NCBI GenBank assembly: GCA_963761755.1
Contig: CAVXIC010000031.1
Location: forward strand, 154,776-218,775
Reading direction: 5' to 3'
DNA: 64,000 nucleotides
Source: an uncultured bacterium
GTDB taxonomy: Bacteria > Myxococcota_A > Polyangia > Nannocystales > Nannocystaceae
Below, piece after piece: positions 9,156-17,817 of the stretch. Each line of letters opens with the position of its first letter. Positions within the stretch are counted from its first letter, which is position 1. A program made the position numbers and the translations under genes. The notes beneath the pieces were generated by a model. The model made no database searches. It was given only the letters and a program-made list of their open reading frames with translations, and was not told the DNA's origin.

Positions 9156-10589
9156 TCACCAAGGCGGCGCGGCCAACAGCAAGAGCAGCGCCACGCCGGC
9201 ACCGACGGCCAGGCTCGCCTTGTCGGTCACCGCGAACACGACCGGGTCGTGGTCGAGCTCGCCGCGCTTGGCCAGGAACCACAGCCGGCTAATCCAGTAC
9301 AGGAGCAGCGGGCAGGTCAGCCACAGCAGCGACGTGTGGGTGTAGAAGCCCGGCAGGCCGTTGTTGATGTACAGCGCGAACACCAGCACCGCGAGGTAGC
9401 CCGATGTCGGGCCCACGCTGATGATGAGCTCCAGGTCTTCGATCCGGTAGCCGCGACCCTTCGCCTCCGTCTTGCCCTCGGCCGCCGCCTGGGCGAGCTC
9501 GACGTATCGCTTGGCGAATGCGAGCGAGGTGAAGAAGAAGATCGAGAAGGCCAGCAGCCACTCGGACACGCGAAGCTCGGTCGCCACGCCACCGGCGAAG
9601 ATGCGCAGCGTGTAGAGGCTGGCCAAGATCATCACGTCGATGAGCATCTTGCTCTTGAGGCTGCTGGAGTAGGCGGCGTTGACCGCCAGGTAGAGCAGCA
9701 ACACGCCGAGGTAGTTCGGCGGCAAGAAGACCAAGGACAAGGTGATCGCGATGGCGATCAGCGTGGCGACGATCGGGGGCCCGTACAGCAGGGGCAATGC
9801 GCCCGAGGCGAAGGGGCGGAACCTCTTCTTGGCGTGCAGCCGATCCGCCTCGACGTCGAGCATGTCGTTGAAGAGGTAGACCGACGAGGCGGTCAGCGAG
9901 AAGGAGGCAAACGCGACGATGGCCGCGAAGACCTTGCCGGGATCGTCGTAGCCGTGTCCCAGCATGAGCGGGACCCACAGCAGGACGTTCTTGACCCACT
10001 GGTGGGGCCGCATCGCCTTGACGACGGCCTTGAGGACGCTGGGCTTCTTGCCGAAGACCTCCGTAACCTTGGGCAACCGCTGGGCCAGCGAGGAGCTCGG
10101 CGCGACCATGAAGACCTCGTCGGCCTTCTCCCAGATTGGAAGGTCGGCCGCGTCGTCGCCGATGTAGCCCCACGCGGGCCGCCCGTGGCCCTCGCAGTAC
10201 GTCTGGATCGCCGCGAGCTTGTTGGCGCCCTTGAGGTTGTGCGTGGCGTCGCTGGCCAAGACGTCGTCGAAGAGTCCGAGGTGCGCCGCCACGGGTTCGG
10301 CCCAGGCGCGGGCGCTCGCGGTCGCGAGGATGATCGTGTCTCCTTGAGCCTTGCGCGCCCGAACGAACGCGAGGACGTCGGCACGATAGGGCAGCGACTC
10401 GGGATCGACGGTGACGCGCTTGGCGAGCTGATCCTTGAGCGTGGCCCTGCTGCGCAGCATCCAACCGATCGCCAGCAGGGCGACCCACGGCTGAGCCTTC
10501 ACCGCCTTGAAGAAGGCCTCCCACAAGACGTCTGTCGAGACCAAGGTCCCGTCCATGTCCACGAACAAGGCACGCGCCGACGAGGTCAT
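9156..10589 (-). CDS. fusion protein: N-terminal HAD-superfamily phosphatase plus C-terminal UbiA-family polyprenyl-phosphate (phospho)ribosyl/prenyl transferase
   Basis: HAD motif [10 protein letters not shown] is followed by a multi-TM UbiA domain with [12 protein letters not shown] (NDxxDxxxD) and about 8 TM helices. An alternative start at 10610 is possible. Confidence 0.75.
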   Translation of the reverse strand: MTSSARALFVDMDGTLVSTDVLWEAFFKAVKAQPWVALLAIGWMLRSRATLKDQLAKRVTVDPESLPYRADVLAFVRARKAQGDTIILATASARAWAEPVAAHLGLFDDVLASDATHNLKGANKLAAIQTYCEGHGRPAWGYIGDDAADLPIWEKADEVFMVAPSSSLAQRLPKVTEVFGKKPSVLKAVVKAMRPHQWVKNVLLWVPLMLGHGYDDPGKVFAAIVAFASFSLTASSVYLFNDMLDVEADRLHAKKRFRPFASGALPLLYGPPIVATLIAIAITLSLVFLPPNYLGVLLLYLAVNAAYSSSLKSKMLIDVMILASLYTLRIFAGGVATELRVSEWLLAFSIFFFTSLAFAKRYVELAQAAAEGKTEAKGRGYRIEDLELIISVGPTSGYLAVLVFALYINNGLPGFYTHTSLLWLTCPLLLYWISRLWFLAKRGELDHDPVVFAVTDKASLAVGAGVALLLLLAAPPW

Positions 10590-10654
10590 CGCAGCGGCAG
10601 ACGGTAGCACGCACTCACCTCGACAACCGCTTTTGCGACGCGCATCGTCGGGCC

Positions 10655-11338
10655 ATGCATGGCACGGCAGTGGTGGGTATCGAGGTCGAATCGCACGAAC
10701 AGCACGGAGGACCCGAGGGCTTCTTGCACGTCGAGCGGTACCGTCTGCGCAATCGTCGCGCGGACGGGACGCGGTCTGCGGTCTATACCTGCGACTTCCT
10801 GGGTCGCGCCAAGGGCCCCGACGCGGTGGTGGTGGCGCTGTATCACCGGCACCCCGAGGGGGAGGTCTCGGTGCTGCTGCGCCAGGGGTTGCGCCCGGCG
10901 CTGTGGCTGGGACGACCCCAAGAGGTGCTGCCGGTCGACGAGGAGCCGCAGCTGAGCTTCACCGAGGTCGTCGCTGGCATCATCGAGCGCGAGGACACCG
11001 GGCGAGGTGGGGTGCGCCGTCGGGCCGCGATCGAGGCGTTCGAAGAGGCGGGGATCCGGATCGACGCAGCATCCGTGCAGTTTCTGGGCGCCGGCACGTT
11101 TCCCAGCCCCGGGTCCATGCCCGAGAAGTTCTGGCTGACGGCGGCGCACGTTCAGGATCCCGACGCTGCCCAGGTCCCGCCCACCGACGGGTCACCGATG
11201 GAGGAGGGAGCACGCTGCGCGTGGCGCCCGCTGGCGGACGCGATCGCGGCCTGCGTGCGCGGGGAGATCGCGGACTGCAAGACCGAGCTGGTCCTGCGGC
11301 GGCTGCAGGACTACTTGGATGGCAGCGGGATGGCGTAA
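10655..11338 (+). CDS. Nudix hydrolase (ADP-ribose/NDP-sugar pyrophosphatase-like)
   Basis: Nudix box [27 protein letters not shown] (Gx5Ex7REUxEExGU). Confidence 0.8.
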   Translation: MHGTAVVGIEVESHEQHGGPEGFLHVERYRLRNRRADGTRSAVYTCDFLGRAKGPDAVVVALYHRHPEGEVSVLLRQGLRPALWLGRPQEVLPVDEEPQLSFTEVVAGIIEREDTGRGGVRRRAAIEAFEEAGIRIDAASVQFLGAGTFPSPGSMPEKFWLTAAHVQDPDAAQVPPTDGSPMEEGARCAWRPLADAIAACVRGEIADCKTELVLRRLQDYLDGSGMA

Positions 11339-12978
11339 CCGCCGACGCCCAGCTCGATGCGGTACACCCCGCCCGCTTGGCCGGTGACGAAGCCCGCCTG
11401 GTCATAGGCGTCGCCGAAGCCGTACCCGAACTGCATGTTCGCGCAGCCGTTGCCCAGATCTCCGGGCGATGCGACCTCGACGGTGGACCCGTCTGCGTCG
11501 CCGATGGCATCCAAGGGGACACGATCGATGCGGCACGGGACGTTTCCGGCGGTGCCGCCTTGGTCGACGACGTACATGTTGCCGCACTCGTCCATCGCGA
11601 CGCCGTCCGAGCGCCCTGCGAGGTCCACGACCCCGACGGGCGTGCCGACCACGCCTGCGACGATGGGTGCGCGCCACAGCTGGCTGGCGTTGTAGTTGGT
11701 CCAGAACAGTTGCCCGCGCTCCTCGTCGTGGAAGACGCCGTTGGCGTTGTTGGCGTTGGTGGTGACGACGGGCTCGATGGTGGGCCCGGACGGATCGATG
11801 CGCTGGACCGATGCGCCGAAGTAGTCCGTCACCCAGACCATGCCGTCGTGGTCGACGTACAGGCCATTGGAGAGCTGGAACTCGCCCTCGAGCAGCAGCG
11901 TCGCCTCGCTGGGGGTGAACGCGTAGATTCCCGAGCCGTTGAGGCCGCTCGCCGCGTACAGGGTGCCGTCGGCCGCGAAGCGAAGGCCGAGCATGTCCTG
12001 GTCGTAGGGGATGCCCGCGAGCCAGGTCGAGGCGTTGCCGTCACCGTCCATCTCCACGAGTTCGTCGCCGTCGGCGATGACGAACGTCCCCTGGCCGGTC
12101 ATGGCGAGGTCTTCGGCGTTGCCCGGCAGGAGCGTCGCAATCTGGGTGATGTCGTACGGCGGCGCGGGCAGGTTGTCGCAGTCCACCGGGGGGAGTCCGG
12201 TGTCCGAGTCGGACGTGGTCGTCTCTGCGGTGGTGCCCGCCGTCGACTCGCCCGACGTCGTTTCGTCGCTCGTCTCTCCCGTCGTCGAGGGATCGGAGCT
12301 CGTGCTCGTCCCGGTCGTGTCCGATCCGTCTGGGTCCCCTTCGGTCTGAGCATCCGTGGTCGACGTGGAGTCCGTGCTCGTGCCCGAGCTGTCGGCGTTG
12401 GTGTCCGATCCGCTGTCGGTGTCCGGGTTGGCAGGGCCGGCGCCGCCGTCGTCGAGCAGCCCATAGAACATGGAGATGCGGGTGTCGGTGCCCGTGATGA
12501 GGTCGTTGTCGGGCTCGAGCCGGGTCGTGGGCAGCGCGAGCCACTTCCCGATCGCAGCCTCGAAGTCTTCGCGATGGATCACCCCGACCGCGGTCCCTGA
12601 CGTATCGGCGGGGAGGGTGGCGCGGTAGGTGACCGAGATGTTTGCGCCCACGTCGATGTCGGGCGTCACGCGGTAGGCCTGTCCGTACGGCGCAGGGGGC
12701 CCGCCCTTCGCGGGATCCTTGGCCTCGCTGATGCACACCTGCGTCGGCTCGCTCACCGAGCCGGGCCGGAAGCTCAGCGTGAGTGTGCCATCGCTCGAGG
12801 AGACCACGCCGCCGGATGGCTCCACCGTCTCGCACGTGCCCGACGCTGCGCCATCCTTACAGGAGACGATGCCCGCGGCGCTCAGGAGAATGAGGAACGG
12901 GAGACGGTGAGGCCCGGGGGTCACCGACAGAGGGTATCCAACCGCGCCGGCCTTCGCGAGACGCTCGTGCGTCCACAC
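11311..12978 (-). CDS. lipoprotein: paralogous N-terminal domain, Ser/Thr/Asp-rich linker, C-terminal beta-propeller (SMP-30/NHL-like)
   Basis: Lipobox IVSC. The N-terminal domain is homologous to that of 13061..14005. The C-terminus has repeated ..DG.LY.. blades. Confidence 0.65.
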   Translation of the reverse strand: MWTHERLAKAGAVGYPLSVTPGPHRLPFLILLSAAGIVSCKDGAASGTCETVEPSGGVVSSSDGTLTLSFRPGSVSEPTQVCISEAKDPAKGGPPAPYGQAYRVTPDIDVGANISVTYRATLPADTSGTAVGVIHREDFEAAIGKWLALPTTRLEPDNDLITGTDTRISMFYGLLDDGGAGPANPDTDSGSDTNADSSGTSTDSTSTTDAQTEGDPDGSDTTGTSTSSDPSTTGETSDETTSGESTAGTTAETTTSDSDTGLPPVDCDNLPAPPYDITQIATLLPGNAEDLAMTGQGTFVIADGDELVEMDGDGNASTWLAGIPYDQDMLGLRFAADGTLYAASGLNGSGIYAFTPSEATLLLEGEFQLSNGLYVDHDGMVWVTDYFGASVQRIDPSGPTIEPVVTTNANNANGVFHDEERGQLFWTNYNASQLWRAPIVAGVVGTPVGVVDLAGRSDGVAMDECGNMYVVDQGGTAGNVPCRIDRVPLDAIGDADGSTVEVASPGDLGNGCANMQFGYGFGDAYDQAGFVTGQAGGVYRIELGVGGYAIPLPSK

Positions 12979-13060
12979 CGGCTTTGCGCCATCGCACGAA
13001 CCCGACCCGAGGCTCCGCGGCGGTTCACATGGGGTGCGACCATGCTAGTTTCCAGTCATC

Positions 13061-14005
13061 GTGATGAGCTCTCGATTGGGTCTGTCGCTGCTGCTCGCGG
13101 TGCCGCTTCTCTCGCTCGGTTGCGCGCCACAGAGCGACGAGCGCGTCGCGCGGGCCAAAATTGGCCCCGGAGGGGGGCAGGTCAGCTCGCACGACGGCGT
13201 GCTCACCGTCTTGATCTTGCCCGGGGCGCTCGATCGCGAGCACGAGTTCGTCATCACCCCCAGTGATACGCCGCCTCACATCTTTGGGCCGGCCTACCGG
13301 GTCAAGCCCGACGTCGACCTCGCCGTGGACGCGGAGATCACCTATGCGCGGGCGTTGCCCAACGATCCCGACGGCACGGCGGTCGCGGCCATTGGGCGCG
13401 AAGACTTCGCTTCGGGCGCTGGCTCTTGGATCGCGCTGCCGACGATCGAGGTCGACGTCGAGGCGCAGCTCATCTCCGGCCTCGACGGTGAGGTCTCCTT
13501 GTTCTACGGCCTCCTCGAGGGCGACGACATCTCGGGGACCACGGGCTCGACGACCTCCACGCCGACCGGCGACACCGGCGACACGGACGACACCGACGAC
13601 ACCGGCGCTCCGCAGACCACCACCGACGAGGACACGGACACCGAGACCACCTCGCCCGGCGATCCACTCTCGCACGCCTCGGACATCCAGCCGATATGGG
13701 ACGACAACTGCATGGGCCAGGGGTGCCACTCCGCAGGCCAGTCCGCCCCGCAGCTCGAAGGCGATGCGTATGACGCCATCGTCGGCGTGATGCCGCTGGC
13801 CGCCGCGGTCCCCTACATCACCGCCGGTGACCCGCAGGCGAGCTACCTGATGCACAAGCTCGATGCGACGCACGCGCTCGAGGCCAATCTAGGCGGGTGC
13901 GGGTGCGGTGGCGCGGGCGCACCGATGCCGTCGGGCGCACCGCTGCTCGACGAATCGGTGCGCAACCGGGTGCGGCGTTGGATCGAAGAAGGCGCGCAGC
14001 CGTGA
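13061..14005 (+). CDS. lipoprotein paralog: shared N-terminal domain plus C-terminal Cys-motif domain (CMGQGCH, cytochrome-c-like/PSCyt-like)
   Basis: Lipobox LSLGC. The N-terminal roughly 130 aa align with the divergent neighbour. The C-terminus has IQPIWDDNCMGQGCH...GCGCGG. Confidence 0.65.
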   Translation: MMSSRLGLSLLLAVPLLSLGCAPQSDERVARAKIGPGGGQVSSHDGVLTVLILPGALDREHEFVITPSDTPPHIFGPAYRVKPDVDLAVDAEITYARALPNDPDGTAVAAIGREDFASGAGSWIALPTIEVDVEAQLISGLDGEVSLFYGLLEGDDISGTTGSTTSTPTGDTGDTDDTDDTGAPQTTTDEDTDTETTSPGDPLSHASDIQPIWDDNCMGQGCHSAGQSAPQLEGDAYDAIVGVMPLAAAVPYITAGDPQASYLMHKLDATHALEANLGGCGCGGAGAPMPSGAPLLDESVRNRVRRWIEEGAQP

Positions 14006-14475
14006 CCTTCACCGCCGACGTCTGCGACGCGCACCCCGGCGCAGCCGTCCTCGAGGTCTCGTTGCGCAGCTTTGGAGCCGTCCCCGCCTTCGATGGCAGC
14101 GCGGTCACGCTCGCCGTGTTCGAAGACAACACCTTGGTGGGCGACACGCTGCGCGAGCCCGGGAAGGGCCGCGTGCTGGTGGTCGATGGTGGCGGTTCGA
14201 TGCGGCGTGCGCTCGTCGGCGACAACCTGGCGCAGCGGGCCGTCGACAACGGCTGGGCGGGCCTGGTCGTCCACGGGTGCATCCGCGACGCCCAGCAGAT
14301 CGCCGCGATCGAGATCGGCATCAAGGCGCTCGGCACCCACCCGCGCAAGACCGACAAACGCGGTGAGGGCCGTCGCGACCTCCCCATCCGGTTCGGTGGC
14401 GTCACCATCCATCCCGGCGACCACGTCTACGCCGACCTCGACGGCATCGTCATCCTGCCCGCATCGCAGGCATGA
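14002..14475 (+). CDS. RraA-family protein (RNase E regulator / 4-hydroxy-4-methyl-2-oxoglutarate aldolase family)
   Basis: A GTG start overlaps the upstream stop (GTGA). The sequence closely resembles E. coli RraA: VLVVDGGGSMRRALVGDNLA...GDHVYADLDGIVI. Confidence 0.85.
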   Translation: MTFTADVCDAHPGAAVLEVSLRSFGAVPAFDGSAVTLAVFEDNTLVGDTLREPGKGRVLVVDGGGSMRRALVGDNLAQRAVDNGWAGLVVHGCIRDAQQIAAIEIGIKALGTHPRKTDKRGEGRRDLPIRFGGVTIHPGDHVYADLDGIVILPASQA

Positions 14476-14478
14476 GAC

Positions 14479-14645
14479 GAACGGCGGCTGGGCCGGCCGA
14501 AGTGAGGGGCCCTTGCGAAGGGCCCCTTCTAGCTGGAGTGGCCCTTGCGAAGGGCCCAGTCGAGCCCGAGAGGGCGACCGTTGTGGGGTGAAACGAAGGG
14601 CGGCTGGGCCGGCCGAAGTGAGGGGCCCTTGCGAAGGGCCCCTTA
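14479..14645. repeat. intergenic REP-like element: two ~50-bp direct repeats plus a partial copy, each holding a GC-rich hairpin GGGGCCCTT-GCG-AAGGGCCCC
   Basis: The copies lie at about 14479-14529 and 14593-14645, with a partial copy at 14539-14559. They sit between two convergent gene ends, so they are likely bidirectional terminators. Confidence 0.6.
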
Positions 14646-14648
14646 TAA

Positions 14649-16106
14649 CTACGGACTCGAGAGGAGGATCGAGACCGTGTCGTCGTTGCCGTTGCAGACG
14701 AGGATGTCGAGCACGCCGTCGCCGTTGATGTCCGCCGTGGCGAGCCCGGTGGGGCCGCTGCCGACGTCGAAGAGGACCGCGGCTTCGAAGGTGGCGTCTC
14801 CGTTGCCGACGTAGACGGCCACCTCGTCGTCGCCCTCGGAGACCACGATCAGGTCTTGGGTGCCTTCGCCGGTGACATCGGCCAGCAGCGCCTCGGACAC
14901 GTTGGTGTGGGGCCCGAAGGCGTTGCTGTTGAAGCCGGCGTTTCCGTTCAACCCCAGGCCGAGGTAGACGCGCGCGGTGTCGCCATCGGTGGCCACGACG
15001 TCGAGGTCGCCGTCTGCGTTGATGTCGCCGGGGTTGAAGCGGGCCAGGAATGTGCCGGGTGCACCCCCGAGGCTCTGCGCGGACATGGTGCCATCACCCA
15101 CTCCGTTGGTGGCGGCATAGAAGTCGCCCCCGCCGTAGAACGCGTCGGTCGTTCCGCCAATCGCGATCGAGCCCAGCGCGATGCCGGACATCTCGGCCAC
15201 CATGCCCGCGGGTGTCCACGGCCCCAACACGGTGAACGCTCCCGAGCCGTCGTTGAGCGTCGTGTTGTAGTTGACGTCGCCGAAGTTCGCGACGGCGATG
15301 TCGAGACCGTTGGCACCGTCGAGGTTGCCCAGCGCGAGATCCACGGGCTGGTCGCCCACGCCCAGCACCGTCTCGATGAAGCCGCCGGCCCCGTCGGAGA
15401 GGAGCACGCTGACCGTGTCGTCATCGGTGTTGGCGACGACGGCGTCCCAGTTCGCGTCGCCGGAGAGCTCCGCCGCGAGGACGCGGACCGGCCCGGCGCC
15501 GACACCGGTGGTGATGGCCACCCCGAGCCCGCCGACGCCGTCACCCAAGTGCACGCTGACCTCGTCCGCGCCGTCTCCGGAGACGATGACGTCGAAGTCG
15601 CCGTCGCCGTCGAAGTCGCCGCCGTCGATGTCGGTCGGCGCCGTGCTCGTGCCGACGGTCCCGCCGGAGACGAAGCAGACCTCGCCCGCGTCGATGACGT
15701 CGTCGTCGCAGCCCCCGGGGGTGTCGGTGGTCTCCGAGCTGCTCGAGGAGCTGTCGGAGCTGGAGGAGCTGTCGGAGCTGGAGCTGCTGGAGCTGCTGGT
15801 GGTGGCGTCGGACGACGACGAGGACGACGAGGAGGACGACGAGTCGGAGGAGGTCGTGGGCCCGTCGGTGGTGCTCGAGGAGCTGTCCACGCTGGTGGCC
15901 GTGCTGCTCGAGTCGGCGGTCTCGGTCGTGGGCCCACCGTTGGACGTCGGGGATGAGGTGGGACCGGTGGAGGTCTGCTCGCCGGTGGTGAATCCACCTT
16001 CGCTCAGACCTTCGCCGCCCCCGTCATCGCCGCACGCGAGCGCGGGAAGGACGAGGATGAGGGCTGAGATCAAGGAAAACGGGGGATAGGTCTTGAGGGG
16101 AGACAT
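14649..16106 (-). CDS. FG-GAP/VCBS-repeat (integrin-alpha-like beta-propeller) lipoprotein with a long Ser/Thr linker
   Basis: The start was chosen at MSPLKTYPPF..LPALAC (lipobox). The ORF has repeated ..DGDGDFDV.., ..DANWDAVV.. and ..DINGDGVLD.. motifs. Confidence 0.75.
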   Translation of the reverse strand: MSPLKTYPPFSLISALILVLPALACGDDGGGEGLSEGGFTTGEQTSTGPTSSPTSNGGPTTETADSSSTATSVDSSSSTTDGPTTSSDSSSSSSSSSSSDATTSSSSSSSSDSSSSSDSSSSSSETTDTPGGCDDDVIDAGEVCFVSGGTVGTSTAPTDIDGGDFDGDGDFDVIVSGDGADEVSVHLGDGVGGLGVAITTGVGAGPVRVLAAELSGDANWDAVVANTDDDTVSVLLSDGAGGFIETVLGVGDQPVDLALGNLDGANGLDIAVANFGDVNYNTTLNDGSGAFTVLGPWTPAGMVAEMSGIALGSIAIGGTTDAFYGGGDFYAATNGVGDGTMSAQSLGGAPGTFLARFNPGDINADGDLDVVATDGDTARVYLGLGLNGNAGFNSNAFGPHTNVSEALLADVTGEGTQDLIVVSEGDDEVAVYVGNGDATFEAAVLFDVGSGPTGLATADINGDGVLDILVCNGNDDTVSILLSSP

Positions 16107-16331
16107 GGCTGCTTCGTCCCTTTGCCGGCGCGCATCCTTGCGCCGACGTCGTGCGCCGGTCCTCGTGGCGCGTGCGGAGAGTAAAGCCGGAGGCTGAGCA
16201 AAGACACCCCGCCACCACTTCATCGAATGGCTCGCACGAGATCGGGCAGACGCCCTGCGCTCCAACGGTGTTGCGCAGAATGCGCTCGGCGGGCCGGGCC
16301 TCTGACGACGACGTGCGCGAGCGACCGCGAC

Positions 16332-17786
16332 TCAGGGGGACGGCAGCGCCGAGAGATCCGCCGCGTAGACGAAGCGCTCTCCGACGTGCTCGGAGAGGCT
16401 CCACAACCAGCCCGCGGACCCATCGACCATCAGGTCCTCGGGGGCATCGCTCCACGGCGAGCTCGCGCTGCCGCCGGTGCGGGTGCGATAGAGTTCGCCG
16501 GCCCCGGCTGGGGGCGCGCTGGAGGAGAGGAACCCGAGCTCGCCGACCAGGGCGCCGCCCTGAATCTGGCGCTGCCCCATGAGCCAGGCGTGACTGGGCC
16601 ACGTCCGCGAGGCCAGCGTTGCGGTGCCGTCGTCGCGCAGGGGCCATCGGAACAGGCGCCCCGCCAGCGGCCCTTCGCAAGCGCCGTCGCTGCAGTACTC
16701 GCCCGAGACCAGGGCGACGTCGTCCGCGGTGCGATCGACGGACACGAAGGAGAACCGCGGCGCGCACTCCGAGTCGTGCTCGACCCGGCCGATCTGCGGG
16801 ATGACGTACTTGTACAGGCCCCCGCGGCACGCCTGCGCGCTGCAGCCGATGACATCCTCGTCGGTGGCGACCTGCATCACGCGGCTGAGGTCGAACACGC
16901 GGAAGCCGTGCTGGGTGTCGGCAACCCACAGCCGCTCGCCCACCCACGCGATGCCTCCGGCGTGAATCGTGACGGGGACGAAGTCGGGCTCGTCGGGGGT
17001 CCCCACCGGATCGACGAGCAGCATCAGCCGGTACGCAGGCACCTGCGGGGACGTGACGTCGACGAGCGAGATGCGGGCCCCCTTCTGTGCGTCGCCGTTG
17101 GGATGCAGGGCGAGGTTGTAGTACCAGCTCACCATCAGGAGCCGTCGGCCCAGCACCGTCCCCTCGGGCGTGGCGTCGGCCGAGCCGCTGATGCCCTGCG
17201 GGATCCACCACGGCTTGTCGTTCTCGACCGCGTCCCACCCGAACGCGTAGGCGAGCCCCTCGGGACCTCCGGGGACGCTACCGACCACGTCGACCGGGTG
17301 ATTGAGGTCGGCCAGCAGCGCGTCGAAGCCGACCACCGGCAGCCGCTGGGCGAGCGCATCGATGACCGCGTCTCGCTGGGGGTCGAGCGCCTCGTCGTCC
17401 ATCGGGAAGCCGCATCGATCGAGTTCGACCAGCCCTTGCCCCCGCGGTGCAGCCTGCTGGTCGGGGCACAGCGGGGCTTGATCGGCGCAGGCGTCGTGCA
17501 TCGCCTCGCCGCTCGAGCCCTCGGAGGAGTCTGTGGACGCCTGGCCCGTGCTCGGATCCGTCCCTTGGGTCGTGTCGACGTCGCCCGTACCGCTGGCGCG
17601 TCCGGTCGCGGTCGCTGCGTCGGCGTCGGCGGAGCTGCTGGGTGCTGCGCCCGTACTCGATCCTGACGCCGCCGGGGATGGCTCCTGCGCGCAGGCCTGC
17701 GCACAGGCGAGCGTCGCCCCGGCCATCGCGACCCACCATCTTCGCCGCACCGACGTCTTGTACCACGGGCCGAAGCCGAGGTTCAT
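16332..17786 (-). CDS. secreted hypothetical protein (signal peptide, Ser/Thr-rich linker, beta-rich domain)
   Basis: N-terminus ..RRRWWVAMAGATLACAQACAQ. No known motif. It is tightly linked to the upstream PSD1/DUF1501 genes. Confidence 0.55.
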   Translation of the reverse strand: MNLGFGPWYKTSVRRRWWVAMAGATLACAQACAQEPSPAASGSSTGAAPSSSADADAATATGRASGTGDVDTTQGTDPSTGQASTDSSEGSSGEAMHDACADQAPLCPDQQAAPRGQGLVELDRCGFPMDDEALDPQRDAVIDALAQRLPVVGFDALLADLNHPVDVVGSVPGGPEGLAYAFGWDAVENDKPWWIPQGISGSADATPEGTVLGRRLLMVSWYYNLALHPNGDAQKGARISLVDVTSPQVPAYRLMLLVDPVGTPDEPDFVPVTIHAGGIAWVGERLWVADTQHGFRVFDLSRVMQVATDEDVIGCSAQACRGGLYKYVIPQIGRVEHDSECAPRFSFVSVDRTADDVALVSGEYCSDGACEGPLAGRLFRWPLRDDGTATLASRTWPSHAWLMGQRQIQGGALVGELGFLSSSAPPAGAGELYRTRTGGSASSPWSDAPEDLMVDGSAGWLWSLSEHVGERFVYAADLSALPSP

Positions 17787-17817
17787 GGGTCGCCGGGCGG
17801 GGTGGCGTTCGGACGAC

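Noticed and set aside
10507-12600. 697-aa plus-strand ORF and the other large ORFs antisense to the lipoprotein, UbiA and kinase genes (e.g. 17533..21846, 34116..37940, 24912..27050)
   Set aside because: They are antisense to CDSs with clear domain signatures. Their Arg/Gly/Val-rich composition is typical of spurious high-GC ORFs.
14479-14645. Possible CRISPR array (direct repeats)
   Set aside because: Only 2.5 copies are present. The repeats are about 50 bp with internal hairpins, there are no unique spacers of regular length, and no cas genes are nearby. They are REP-like elements.
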